DNA of 64,000 nucleotides, taken from the NCBI RefSeq assembly GCF_006345805.1, contig NC_043015.1:34472001-34536000 (forward strand), given 5' to 3'. The DNA is from Octopus sinensis (Eukaryota). Position 1 is the stretch's first letter; the number at the start of each line of letters is the position of its first letter. Made by a program: the position numbers and the translations under genes. Shown here piece by piece: positions 51,930 to 64,000 of the stretch. The notes under the pieces were generated by a model that saw only the letters and a program-made list of their open reading frames with translations, had not been told where the DNA came from and searched no databases.

Positions 51930-53412
51930 ACTGTGCAGGTGAAATATTTATATGTTTATAAATTCTGTTCTGACTCTCCATTTTAAATTCTATTACAAAT
52001 CAATAGAGAAAAATAGATTAGAATTATATTAGTAAATTTTAAAAGCAAAGAAGGAAAATTACAAAATTTACAAATGACAAAACACCTGAACACCTACCTT
52101 TAACTCTGTGCTTCACATTAAAAGATCAAACTGATAACTTCCAGCAGAAACCAGTAATATGATTGAGTAATCTCACAGAAACTGATAAAAGGAAAATTTG
52201 TAAAAGCATATTTGATCAAATCAGTCTAAAAGTTAAATCTATATTCCCTCTACACCTGTGGAACAATCCATTTAAGGTAACTGAATAGTGTAGAGCAGGA
52301 CCAAACAAACAGTTTTTACAGCTTCACATCCAAAACTATTATTCACTAATCACTCAAAACCTGTTCAATGAGCCTGAAATCAAGTTCGATCTGTCACAAC
52401 ATTTATAAATAAGAAATAAACATAATAATTTTTGCCAAAAAAAATATTAGATTACAACGAAGCTTTATGGATTAACAAATCTTTTTATATCCCATTTGAT
52501 GTCAGCATCAAATTGTAAAGTTAAGTTATAGCATTAACATTTACCTTTTGTCTAATTTAAAGTGGGAAATACTACAGACTGAAGGAAGCATTTTCTAGGT
52601 AATGATTTATTAACGACAAAAATCTCTTCATCTCACAGCAAATTGACAAATTGAAAAATGTCACATTATTTCTTTTACCAACATGGTTTAAAATACCCAC
52701 TAAACACATTATATTTGCAAAATTTCTTGACATTACTTTTAACTTAAACCATGCTGTTTATTGTCGTTAACATAAATTTAATCAAATTAAACTACATACA
52801 CCATAAATCAATTAATCTAGGAATATTCCAAATAACATAGTTAAAAGTACACTACTTAGGGCCTCTATGCATTCAGCCAGTAAACACGTATTCCTAGATT
52901 ATACATCTTACCATAACAATGTGCTGGCAATGCGTGGATGCCAAGAAGAAATTAGATTTTTTAAAGAACGGGAGAAATACTAAAAAATGGCAAAAACAGG
53001 AAGTAGAGCACAGACTGGTATAATCCCCACTTCAACAATGCACTTGTAACATAGTAGAAAGTTAACTTTCCTACTGAATCCCCTTTAACTCTGCGCACAT
53101 CCTCCAATATACACAGTAAACAAACCAACAACTGATCTCATCAACTGAAATAGTAATTGTACCAACTAAATAAAATGGCCGCTAGGACAAGGTGCCTTGA
53201 AAAGTAAAATGCATAAATGTGAACTTCAAACAAATATCTAAAATATATATATATATATATATATATAAATAATATCAAACCCTTTCAAAGCTCATTGTAA
53301 TTATGGCACTCATGCCATCCAATGTCAGTCTTCCATATGAATTCTTTATCCGAAATTGGTTACCTTTCAGGGTGAATTTTGTTTCTAGTAACTAAAGAAT
53401 GGGCTGCAGGGA

Positions 53413-53524
<112 letters not shown>

Positions 53525-53529
53525 AAAAT

Positions 53530-53700
53530 GGCTCTGGGATAAGAGTCATTTCATGCTTTTCCAAAATTTCACAGAAAGAAAGTGAGGTGTGAGTAGGTTT
53601 GTTGTTATGGAGTAACATCCAGGTTTTATTTGTCCATGCCTCAGGCCTCTTTTTATGAATTGCTTTTCTCAAAAGCCTGGGGTATCCAAGTAAAATGCTT
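53530..53700 (-). mobile_element. Mariner transposase fragment
   Basis: RKAIHKKRPEAWTNKTWMLLHNNKPTHTSL matches the KRP...W.LHHDNAPAH region. Confidence 0.75.
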
Positions 53701-54844
53701 TACTGATTGTATGACCACAATAGACAAACTCACAGCAAATGACAGAAAAAAACAATTGACATTCTTTCACTTTTATGTGACTTTGAAATGCTTTTTTGGT
53801 TACTCGAATGATCCAACCCATTGGGACAACTACCTTTTTTTTATTTTGGTATTGCAGCTATAACACCCTCTTCCTTTCATTCTGTTATGACTCTTTCTAG
53901 AACTGGACAGCTGTCTTCCTATGCAGCAGCATTTACTTTTTACCAATCCTTCATGTTGGTTTACATTTTAACTTTCAGATAAAGTCTCTTCCTCTTTTTC
54001 TTGTTCAGTAAATGGATAAATTTTCTTGATACTTGACACCTTTGGTAAAAGCTAAGCAAGATATTCACAATATTATAATTGAAATATAATTAATGCCAAG
54101 AGTAAATGTGATTCTGCAACCGGGACATGTGGCTGGAACTTATCTGGTCATAACTGCACATGGGAATAAGTTGCATAGAACATGAGTCAGACAGTGTCCT
54201 TATTTATGATGATTTTGTTTAGCAATAGGACAGCCTGACTCAGTAGACCTATGTCTAAGAATATTCCAGACATGACTATTCCATCTTTTATTCAGACTTA
54301 ATATTAATCAAGACAACATTCTCCATTGTGTCTTCCCTTTTTTAGATGTTGTGATGTATTCTGAATAATATTTAGCTCCTATATTTAGCAGGTCCAGTAA
54401 CTAGGTCGAAGCTTGTTCATTGACTTGATATATGTATGTGTGCACATATGTATGAGTGAATGTTTCTTCTTTTAGGAGAAACAAAATCTCCATCAATGGA
54501 GTTGGATAACAATGGCAGTAATTGTTATATAACGAAACTTATGAATGTCTTGCGTATTTTTCTGTTCCCCATACAGATTATATGTGTTCAGTTTATATGA
54601 GCTGATCTCTTTCTTTGTTTGAAGATCCTAGCTTTTCTGGATCATGGCTCAGTAATGTACTGACATAAGCAAGGGCACAAATGATTCTCAGTATGGATGT
54701 AAGTATATAATTAGGGTTGAGGAGTCACAGATTTCAAAGCAGTCCCCATCTCACTGCCTTTGGATTATGTATATATGTACGTATGCATGTATGTATGTGT
54801 ATCATCTACATGTGTATGTGTGTACATACTGAGATATATATATA

Positions 54845-55240
54845 TGGTAAGAAGCTGGCTTCCCAACCACATGGTTCCAGGTTCAATCCCACTGCATGGC
54901 ATCTTGAGCAAGTGTCTTCTATTATGGCCTCAGGCCAACAAAGCCTTATGAGTGGACATGGTAGATAGAAACTGAAAGAAGACCATAGCAGTTATGTGTG
55001 TGCTTGTGTGTTTTTTCATATCAGTGTTTGTCCCCGCCAGCACCACTTGACAACCAATGTTAGTGTGTTTACACCCCTGTAACTTAGTAGTTCAACAAAC
55101 GTGATCAATGAAATAAGTACCTGGCATAAAAAAAATGTAAGTACTGGGGTTGATTCATTTGACTAGAAATCTTCAAGGTTGTGCCCCAGCATGGCCACAG
55201 TCTAATCACTGAAACAAGTAAAAGAAAATAAATAAAAGAT
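54845..55240 (+). mobile_element. SINE family A
   Basis: Colinear with 1-410. Confidence 0.8.
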
Positions 55241-56130
55241 ATGTTTCAGGCATGTGTTTATGAATTCCTTCCTATTGAAATGACCAGCTTCAGCAAAGAG
55301 TCTCGGTTCTCTTTACATCCAGCTTCAGACTGAAATAAACCAACATTGTTTCCTAAACTCATCAAATGGTGCTATTGACACACAAATACACATTCCCAGT
55401 TGGTTGCTTTTCTATGTATTCTATTTCTATGTCATTTGCACAAAGGGTGTGTATTGAATGATAAATATCTCACACGAAGCAACTTATTTAACAATATTTT
55501 TATGTAGCATGAAAATATGAAAGATCTTTGATTTGTTGTGGTAAACAACAATCTGAATCTACTGATATGCTGATCTTTTGTCTTTCTCATATCATCTAAA
55601 TATTTAGATTTATATAATTTTTGGAAAACAACAAAAGATGGAATCAACTTTAAAGAGGATAATGTTTTTAAATAAAAATCATTATTTGTCTCTGCTTACC
55701 GTTTCAACTATTATTGAACATAAATGGGTCAAATTTTCTTCAAATTTCTTTTTCAGATATCATCTTTCTCCTTGCTCTTGAAAGCTTCCTACTTCCACTT
55801 GCTCTCTTGGCCTATATACTTCTACTTTACTATCTTCTAAGCTATTACGCTTCCCCCTGGCTCTCTACCTTCTCCCTACTCTCTCTAAATACCATTACTT
55901 ACTATCTAAACATCATCTGGCACATGTCCCATTTGCAAAAGCTGTTGCCTGTTCATTCCTAAACGTTTGATGGAAGACTCCTGCACTGTTCTCACTTCCT
56001 GACATTCACAATTTAGTTTCCAAAATCAATCCATTCACAACAATTCTATTTACTTATTTTCGAATCTATCCATTTTGGTGGATTTCACTTCAAACCTAAC
56101 AAACAGCAATTTTGGTATTATCATTTCTGC

Positions 56131-58590
56131 TGTAGTGGAAATGGTACACCCTTCCCCATGTGACAAAGTGGTATGAAACAGCTACTATAAAGTCAAACAG
56201 TCAGTTGTTGTAGGAGGCCAGTAGTAGTAAAGCTATTGTACGAGTTCTCAGAGTCAGTGTCAGTTACATGATGTGTACGAGTTCAAGTTATCGTCAGGGC
56301 AGACATTACAAGTCATTCTCTTGCGGAACTATCAGCAAAAGCACAATAGACAGGTCAAAGATAATAAGACGTGGAATAGTGCCACAACATAATAATGGTG
56401 ATAAGAATATTACAGGGCTGACGACAACATACAAGTGGACAAGGATCTACACTATAACAGTGGCAATAAGAATATAAACGATTCATGCAGACCACATTGA
56501 TAAAAAAAAATCTTCTTTCATGAGAAAATAAACAATTCACGCAGACATCATTGAAAAATCTTTCATATGGAGAAATTAAAAACTGAACAGAGGAGTAACA
56601 AATATTTTTATTGTATATATTTTCTGAAATATCTATAAAATTATAGAAAACTTGTTAGAGAGTTTAGCTGAGTTACGAAAACAGCAACAACAACTCAAAG
56701 AATGACAAGAACAACAACAAATGTTACAACTGATGAAGTTGGTAACAAAACTGGAAAATACATTTTTGCCAGACCATGTAACAAATTCAATAAATGAATT
56801 GAAATATGACCCTGAAGAAGGAATCACTTTCGAGGCATTTTACCGAAGATTTGAACAAACTTTTGAAAAAGAATGCTAAGACTGGACAGACGAAATGAAG
56901 ACATGTCTAATTCTGAGGAAACTGGTAACTATAGGGCATGAGAAATACTGTAACTTTATATTGCGTAAAAAAGCTTCTGACATAAATTTCATGGATATAA
57001 TTAACATTTTATGTGGGATATTTAGTGAAAAAACATCGTTGTTCACCACACGTTGGAAGTGTTTGAACAGTGAGAAAAGCGATGATGAAGACGTAACCAC
57101 ATATGCTGGTAGAGTGAAGAGAGAGTGCGAAAGATTTAAAAGGATAAACTAATTCCAGGCTCGTTCAAGGGCCTGATTTTTGCTCAGGGACTCACTGCTA
57201 AAAAGGACACAAAAGTCAGAAAGAAAATTCGAGCAAAGCTGGAAATAAACCAGGATATAACTCTCCAGAAACTGTTTGAAGAGTGCAATCTGATATTAAA
57301 GGTGAGGCACAACACAGAAGAAATCCAACGCAGAGGTTGTTTACAGATAAAACCAGTGTAGAAGAGTCAGAAGATGGATAAAATGTTTCAACTAAAAACA
57401 CGATATACATCAGGAGATAAACCCATGTATGGCCTGTGGTGGTGGGCACCTGAGGAAAGAGTGTCCATTGAAAAAGTAAAGTGTTTTCATTTTGGGAACA
57501 CAGGATACATTAAATCACACAGCAGAACTAAGATGATGGAAAATTGAACCAAACGAGAAAAAATAAATAGTTTGTTATTAGAGAAAAAGTTTGTACAACA
57601 AAGAGAAAACTCATCAAGGTGAGAATCGAAACCACTTGTGTCAAAATGCAATTAGACATGGGCAGTGGCATCGCTAATCATAAATGAAGAAACATGGCGA
57701 CAAATTGGTAAACCAAAATTATTTAAACCAAATAAAGTAGCATATGGTGCTACAGGAAAAAAGTTATATTTCATCAGCAAGGACCAGGTCAATAAAAAGC
57801 TACAAAGACTAGAAAGTCTAGCTATAATTGAAAAAATGTCCACCATTCAGACTGGGCAACTGCAATGGTTTATGTAAAGAAAAAAATAATAAACTAAGAG
57901 TGTGTGCAGACTTTTCAACTGGATTAAATGACTGTTTACTCAAACACAACTGTCCATTATCAAACCCAGAAGAACTGTTCTCAAAACTAAATGGAGGAAA
58001 AGTTTTCTCAAAGTTAGACCTTTCGGAAACCTATCTACAGATACAGGTAGAGGAAGATTGTGTACACCTTTTAACAATCAACACACACCATGGATTGTAA
58101 AACTTCAAGCAGCTTCCTTTTTGGAGTAAAAGTGACACCTGCCATATTCCAACGAGCGATGGAGGCAATGCTAAATGATTGCAACTTTGCTTTCACTTAT
58201 CTCAATGATATTTTGGTAATTACGAAAGAGGAGCAACATTTTGAACATAGTAAAACAGTATCAAAAAATGAAATGAATACAGGTTTAGACTAACAGAGGG
58301 CAAGAGTGAATTTTTAATGAAAAATTCAAATATTTGGGTCAAGTAATTGATGAAAGAGGATGAAGGCCAGACCCATCATGGGTGACAGCAATAAAGGGAA
58401 ATGAAACACATAATGTGGAACATTGTATGAGTTACCAATAACGCTGGAGGAGATAAAGCAATATGCATCAAAAGACAAGTAGATTAATGAAACAAAAAAA
58501 TGCTGTGGTCAACAAAAGAAAACTAAAAGCGGTTCGGTAAGAAAAGTCAACAAGAGGTAAACATATAATACAGTTCTATATTTAAGAGAT
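56131..58590 (+). mobile_element. Decayed Ty3/gypsy LTR retrotransposon (5' LTR, PBS, gag, protease, partial RT; no 3' LTR)
   Basis: LTR 56131-56459 (TG...CA), PBS-like TGGCAATAAG, gag YDPEEGITFEAFYRRFE..SLFTTRWKCL, knuckle CMACGGGHLRKEC, protease QLDMGS, RT LRVCADFSTGLND..FSKLDLSETYLQI..YLND; stops and deletions. Confidence 0.9.
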
Positions 58591-58674
58591 GAGGAATTAT
58601 GTACATTATTTACGTTATTTACAACTGACAGATATTTGTCCTCATCTTGTTTGTTGTGTTAACAACGTTTTGGT

Positions 58675-59763
58675 TTGATGGAAATGTTGACCTTCTGTAT
58701 AAAAACTACCTACTTCAGAGCAGGTACTGATATATATCGACAGAAAGAGGGTTTAGTTATGGGTTCGCCATTATCACTGATAATAGTCAATATATACATG
58801 GAATACTTTGAGAATTTGGCTTTAGGCTCAACACCACTAAAACCAACCCTGTGGCTGCGATATGTTGATGACACCTTTATACTCTGGCCTCACCAGGAAG
58901 ATGTCCAAGTGCTGTTAGATCATGTGAACTCGATAAAGCCATCCATACAGTTCACAATGGAAAAGGAAAATGACATCCAGCTAGCATTCCTGGATGTATT
59001 AATAACATGCACCAAGTATGGATTCAGGACATCCGTATACCACAAGCTGACCTTCACTGGACGATACCACAACTTCAACTCCAACCATCCATACAGTGTA
59101 AAGAGAGGGATTGCCCAGTGCCTAAAACATTGAGCAATGAATATAAGTAGCGATAGTGATACCCACCACGAAGAAATGATCAAGCTCAGTAACAATCTAT
59201 TAAGCAACAACTACCCCAAAAACATACTCTCCACTCCAATTATGAAGAAAAAAGAGGGTGAAACCAATAAACTGTTCACAGTCTGTCTACCTTATGTGAA
59301 AGGCCTCTCCAAAAAGATACAAAAGTTATGCAGCCCATATGACATCAGGACAGTATTCAAGAGTAATACAACACTTTGCAAATGTCTCCTTCAAGTAAAA
59401 CCAGCAATAGAAGAGAATATGACCAATGACTGCATGTACTCCATCCCATGCAGCTGTGCTAGGTTATACAAAGGCAAAACATGCCGCCCCCTCAAAATAT
59501 GGATAGACAAACAGCGCAAATCTGTGACACGAGGAGATATTGATAAATCGGGTATAGCTGATCATGTATGGGAAAATGGAGACCACCTCCCCCTTTGGGA
59601 TGAAGTTAAAATAATAGACAGAGAATACCACTGGAAAATACGAAAACTAAAAGAAGCAGCACATATGCTAGGATACAACAACCTCCTAAGCAGACCGAGT
59701 GCAGATATGAACAGCATATGGGAACCAGTATTAAGGAAGGATAGGAAAATATTGAATTTATAA
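58675..59763 (+). pseudogene. Penelope-type reverse transcriptase + C-terminal GIY-YIG endonuclease, one in-frame TGA (59131-59133)
   Basis: GLVMGSPLS..NIYME, WLRYVDDTF, FLDV, YHKLTFTGRY; MYSIPCSCARLYKGKT.R, IADHVWENGDH (CCHH), RKLKEA. Confidence 0.9.
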
Positions 59764-59875
59764 GCCCTAAAATTCACTCCATAAGAGCATGGGCTATTAA
59801 CCCTAAGATTCCGAGTTCGATTCCAGGGAGTGACTTGAATAATAATAATAATAATAATATTCGAAATTTCCCCAA

Positions 59876-59922
59876 GACACCCGATGAAGGCTGGAGGGTT
59901 ATATCAGCCGAAACATTGTGTT
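59876..59922 (+). ncRNA. Minimal type I hammerhead motif in the Penelope terminal repeat (two substitutions)
   Basis: Stem I GACAC/GTGTT, core CCGATGA plus an extra A, stem II GGCTG/CAGCC, GAAAC, triplet ATT (GTT in the inverted copy near 58666). Confidence 0.7.
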
Positions 59923-60879
59923 AACAACAAACAAGATGAGGACAAATATCTGTCAAATGTAAATAATAATGCTGGTTATATTTATAGTGTGTGTTTAGTA
60001 TTTTATCTTTTATCTTGGTTTGAGGGTATTTTCAATGTTTTGTATGAATAACATTTAGTCGTATTTATCGTTAGTCCTTGATGTAGTGAAATTCAGGCAA
60101 TATGCTTTTCTAAAAACCCTTTATAGTATTTCTTTGTAGGGTGAATAAGGGGCTGTTTTTTAATTAGTTTAGAAAAATGATGTTGTGAATTGCAAGCTGT
60201 TGTTGGTGTAGAAATAAAGTTTGTAGGGAGTTGTTGAGTGTATTTATGATATCATTTCTCATGAGAGATTGGATTTGATAAAATCGAGAAAATATGAAAC
60301 AAATCAATGATTTATTTTCTGGTTGTACAACTAAGCATTTGTTAATGTCTACAGTTACTTCTTGGTCAAGAAAAGAAACCTGCGGAAATAAACAGCAATA
60401 TGAAAGACAATTCTGTATGGTTTTATGACTTGCTGTCAGGTTTGTTGGCTCATGAAATGGCTTTTGTTTACATTTTGCTGGGTTTAATCAAACGAAATAC
60501 ATCCTTTGTCTAGCTTTTCTGTGAACTACTAAACACCATTGATAATTGAAGTTGATTTTTATTTGTAATCAACTTGGGTGACCTCTGACAATTGTGAACA
60601 TGGAAACATACTTAGGATCATCATCATCATCATCATAACCATCAATGCCATTTTCCATGTTAGCATGGGTTGGACGGCTTGACAAGAATTATCATTCCAT
60701 GGTCGTTTTGAATCCAAAACATTCGCTATTTATAAAATTATAAAGAACTTTTTTTATTTGTAAGTATGATGACAAATTGGTTGGCCATGACCGCTTGAAT
60801 TTTTACTTGTCTCAAGATCAAACAGCCACATTAGATATTTAAGTATTCTACATGTAACTACCATCAGTGTTGCAAGAGC

Positions 60880-61140
60880 TTTTCTATGCTCCCCACTTGC
60901 AGAAGACAAAACACTGAACAGTTTCTCACATTGTCTAGTTTCTGTACTTATACAATAGCAACACATCTTCAATCTAGTTTGTCAATAGGTGTACCACAGT
61001 GATCTGACCTGTCTCCAAGACAGTTTAACCCTTCTGCACCTCTACACAATATACATAATCTAGTATGTAAATGTCATAACATCAGTTTCTAAGACACAGT
61101 CGTTGACTATAATAACCTGACATCAGTCATCTAAGAATCT
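60880..61140 (+). mobile_element. Decayed LINE RT fragment (CR1/L2/Jockey-like)
   Basis: IGVPQ*SDLSPRQFN resembles GVPQGSVLSPLLFN; TVSH upstream. Confidence 0.5.
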
Positions 61141-61339
61141 AGGTTGGCAGCTACCAAACCTACAGTCTTCCAGTAAGTAGCCATGAGTCAACAAAGAAAC
61201 CTATATGTGGTCATTCACCTTGCTTGATACAGCTGCCAAAATATCCCCCAAATCACATCCTAGTATCTCAAAAAAGTAAAACAAGACAATATATCATTAG
61301 GTTTATAGTTCTGTCCAAAAAGAAACCATACTTTAAAAT

Positions 61340-61568
61340 AATAAAAGCAGTGCCATTTAAAAGTGCCCATGTGGTGCCATTTAAAAGCACCCATGTGGTG
61401 CCATGCAAGAACACCTGTGCAGTACCATGTAAAAGTGTTTATGCAGCACCACACATAAAAGCACCCAGCACACTTTGTAAAGGGGTTGGCATTCGGAAGG
61501 GCATCCAGCCATAAAAACCATTGCCAAATCAAACCATCCAATCCATGGTCAACAGCCGTTAAATGATG
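61340..61568 (+). mobile_element. RTE-type 3' tail with internal ~24-bp repeats
   Basis: gtgccatttaaaagcacccatgtg-type units, then ggttggcattcggaagggcatccagc...gttaaatgatga. Confidence 0.7.
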
Positions 61569-62734
61569 AATTTTCTTGCATCTGTACTCTCACCTGAAAT
61601 TAGTGACTTTTCAGTGTGAAATCAGGTGGATCAAGGTTAAACAACAACAACATATACACCTTCATGTCCATGTTAAACTGAGTATTTTTAAATGTTGCAT
61701 TCCATGATTTCAATATGTTATATGTTGTACTACATACACAATTTTTTACATGTTATACCACATGATTTAAATGGAGTATTGTTACATGTTATATCCAAAG
61801 ATCAGCATATTTGTTAATGTGTTAGTTACATGAGAATATTTTCCATATCAATTAATTTGTGGTCTTCTTTATATTCTGGTATTTTAAACAAATGTTTTTA
61901 CCCATTGAGCAAAAGAAAGATGCTGGCTGAAAATTAACAGATGTTTCCCTCAAAAGCTGGAAAACCAAATTCAAAAACCAAGTTTTCAGTAACATGATGT
62001 TGTCAGTTGAATATCAACTCTTCTAGCCTGGCTTAATGCCTTGATCCTACATAATCTCTCTGTGACCCTAACTAATATCCAATATAACTGAATATTCCAA
62101 AGTAAACTTGGAACAAATTTCTTGTTATCAGCCTTGCCCCCCCCCCCCCTCCATTTCACTGCTGCTCTTTATCTTCAATGGATGTCTCCACTGCTTTTTC
62201 CCTTTACTTTTTCTTAACTCATCTTTCATGTTTAAATATACATTCAGTTACCATTTTATCTCCAATCACTTCTGCCTTTCTGATTTTATCACTTATATTT
62301 CCTTGCTATATATCATCTCAATTCTGACATGTGGATGCTATAATTTTTGTTTCTTATGAAATCCTAATTCTTAAACCTTTTTCATAATCATATTTATTTT
62401 TCTACTTTTTACTTCACTTTATTTTCCCATGGCAACCATGCATGCAAACCATCATCATCATCTTCAGTACTTGACTATACAAGTGTACATCAAACTGAGC
62501 TTTCTTCTTTCAGTCAGTCAAAAATTTTGCATCTCTATATATGTCCCTATTGTTTTTATTGATTACATTATATCAAATTCTTTCTCTTTAATGAGAAAAC
62601 TAATTTCTTTAATTATTTAAGCTTTTGATACTATTTCAGAAAACAATCATGGAAATACTTGTCATAAGTTTTTTTATAGAGTCTAAATACTGTCGAGTAT
62701 CTTTCAACCCAGCATTCTGCCTGATTTCAGTTAC

Positions 62735-62910
62735 ACATTGAACATGTCACATGATTTTGGTTCTCCACTGAGAATTTGCTCTTCAGTGAACAAGTCACAT
62801 GATATTCATTTAGCAGCAAACGTATCTACTGAGCATGTCACATGAGTTTGCTCCCATAGTGAACATGTCACCTGATTTTGGTTCTATACTGAGCACATCA
62901 CCTGATTTAG
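62735..62910. repeat. Decayed ~29-30-bp minisatellite rich in GTCACATGA/TCACCTGA
   Basis: Motifs at 62746, 62794, 62837, 62867, 62897. Confidence 0.65.
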
Positions 62911-64000
62911 TAACAAGTCCTCATCATGATTTACACTATGAATTAAGCTTTTGATCGGATTCAAGTACCAAATGAAGCCAATGACCAAGTTTTGCTTCCA
63001 GGTAGTTGTTATTTAATTTTCCCTTTTGTCACCAATGTTCTTTAAAAGGGGATGGGGGGATGCATAATTTTTCATTCTCACACCTAAAAAATCTAGATGT
63101 TATTTTAATGTAGAAATGGTAACAGGAAACCATTTTAATATTTCCTTTTAATTATTTATCTGTGAAAGCCACAGGTTTTAAATAACATAACAATATCTTC
63201 CTTACTGAAGTAACTTATCATTTATTCAAAATATATTGAACTCAATACATTACTGATGTGCAGTGTATCAATGAAGCATTAGAATAATAATAGCAGAAGT
63301 GTTTATATTGCTACTGCTACTAATAACAACAACAACAAATTTGTGGAAAGAGACCCTGTGAGGCCTCTGACAACTGGTTGCTGTCCACTCTCACAAAATC
63401 AACCACAGCAAGTAAGTTCTGATAAGTAAAATAATAATAATAATAATAATAATAATCCTTTCTACTAAAGGCACAAAACCTGAAATTTTGGCAGTGGAGG
63501 GTACTAGTTTATTACATTGACCCCAATGCTATTGGTATTTACAAAATTCTTTTCTTGTAACTGTGATAGGTCCAAAAATTCTGTCTGTTCATTAGTGTCA
63601 AGGAAATTTTTTTTTTCACGTAGTTTCTATGTGAATGGACCGTAGTATTTGGAAGTGTGTAATTGCTACTGTTGTTGCTGTCTTCTAAAGTACTTATTTA
63701 ATTATTCATGATATTTTCTTTGCCATTAAATTTTTACTAGTGGAGTTGAGAGTGCTAATGAATTCCAAATACAAACAGCCAATGAGAGAGAAAAAGCTCT
63801 ACTCCACATGATCAGTTCCACCATGAAACTAACAACTTATAAGACTAGGAAGCATCTTGGAGGTGGCTCAGCAAAGGGGACCTTAAAGAAACAACTGAAA
63901 GCTTAATCCTCACTGTCCAGGACCAGGCATTGAATACCAACTCAGTGCAAAGGGATAAATGCCTCACAAGTACAACAAACCTCTGTTGGATGTGTGGGAA

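Larger units (their letters stand above)
58606..59970 (+). mobile_element. 5'-truncated Penelope-like element with an inverted terminal repeat
   Basis: RT and GIY-YIG ORFs flanked by a perfect 31-bp inverted repeat (58626-58656 vs 59925-59955). Confidence 0.9.

Noticed and set aside
59131-59133. In-frame TGA between RT and GIY-YIG as selenocysteine or programmed readthrough
   Set aside because: It falls at the usual Arg of the PLE 'RA..I.S' motif; CGA>TGA deamination explains it, and no SECIS was recognised

Overview
AT-rich, microsatellite-dense eukaryotic DNA with no long intact host-gene ORF. The repeat content (tRNA-derived SINEs, RTE tails ending in (GAT)n, (TA/CA/ATT)n tracts) suggests a cephalopod such as Octopus; this is an inference. 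Almost everything recognisable is transposon-derived: a young-looking RTE LINE 5' half preceded by 140-bp and 57-bp tandem arrays (26.0-29.5 kb), a Penelope-like element (RT + GIY-YIG, 58.6-60.0 kb) next to a decayed Ty3/gypsy element (56.1-58.6 kb) that has a related solo LTR at 5.1 kb, a full-length mariner (21.6-22.9 kb) plus mariner fragments, a hAT MITE with an 8-bp TSD, R2/Hero-like and Tx1/L1-like fragments, and many SINE copies. The most interesting signal is four hammerhead-ribozyme-like motifs (about 6.25, 25.56, 42.33 and 59.89 kb). Two belong to one module that joins a tRNA-derived Pol III head, an (AAT)n linker and a minimal hammerhead with a palindromic stem III. This module forms the 3' end of the Penelope element and also occurs alone as a SINE/retrozyme-like copy. 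Other oddities are a 57-bp-arm hairpin with a telomere-repeat loop, a 65-bp palindrome, an 8-tract G-quadruplex motif, several decayed minisatellites and a few weak candidate host exons. All alignments and translations were done by eye.
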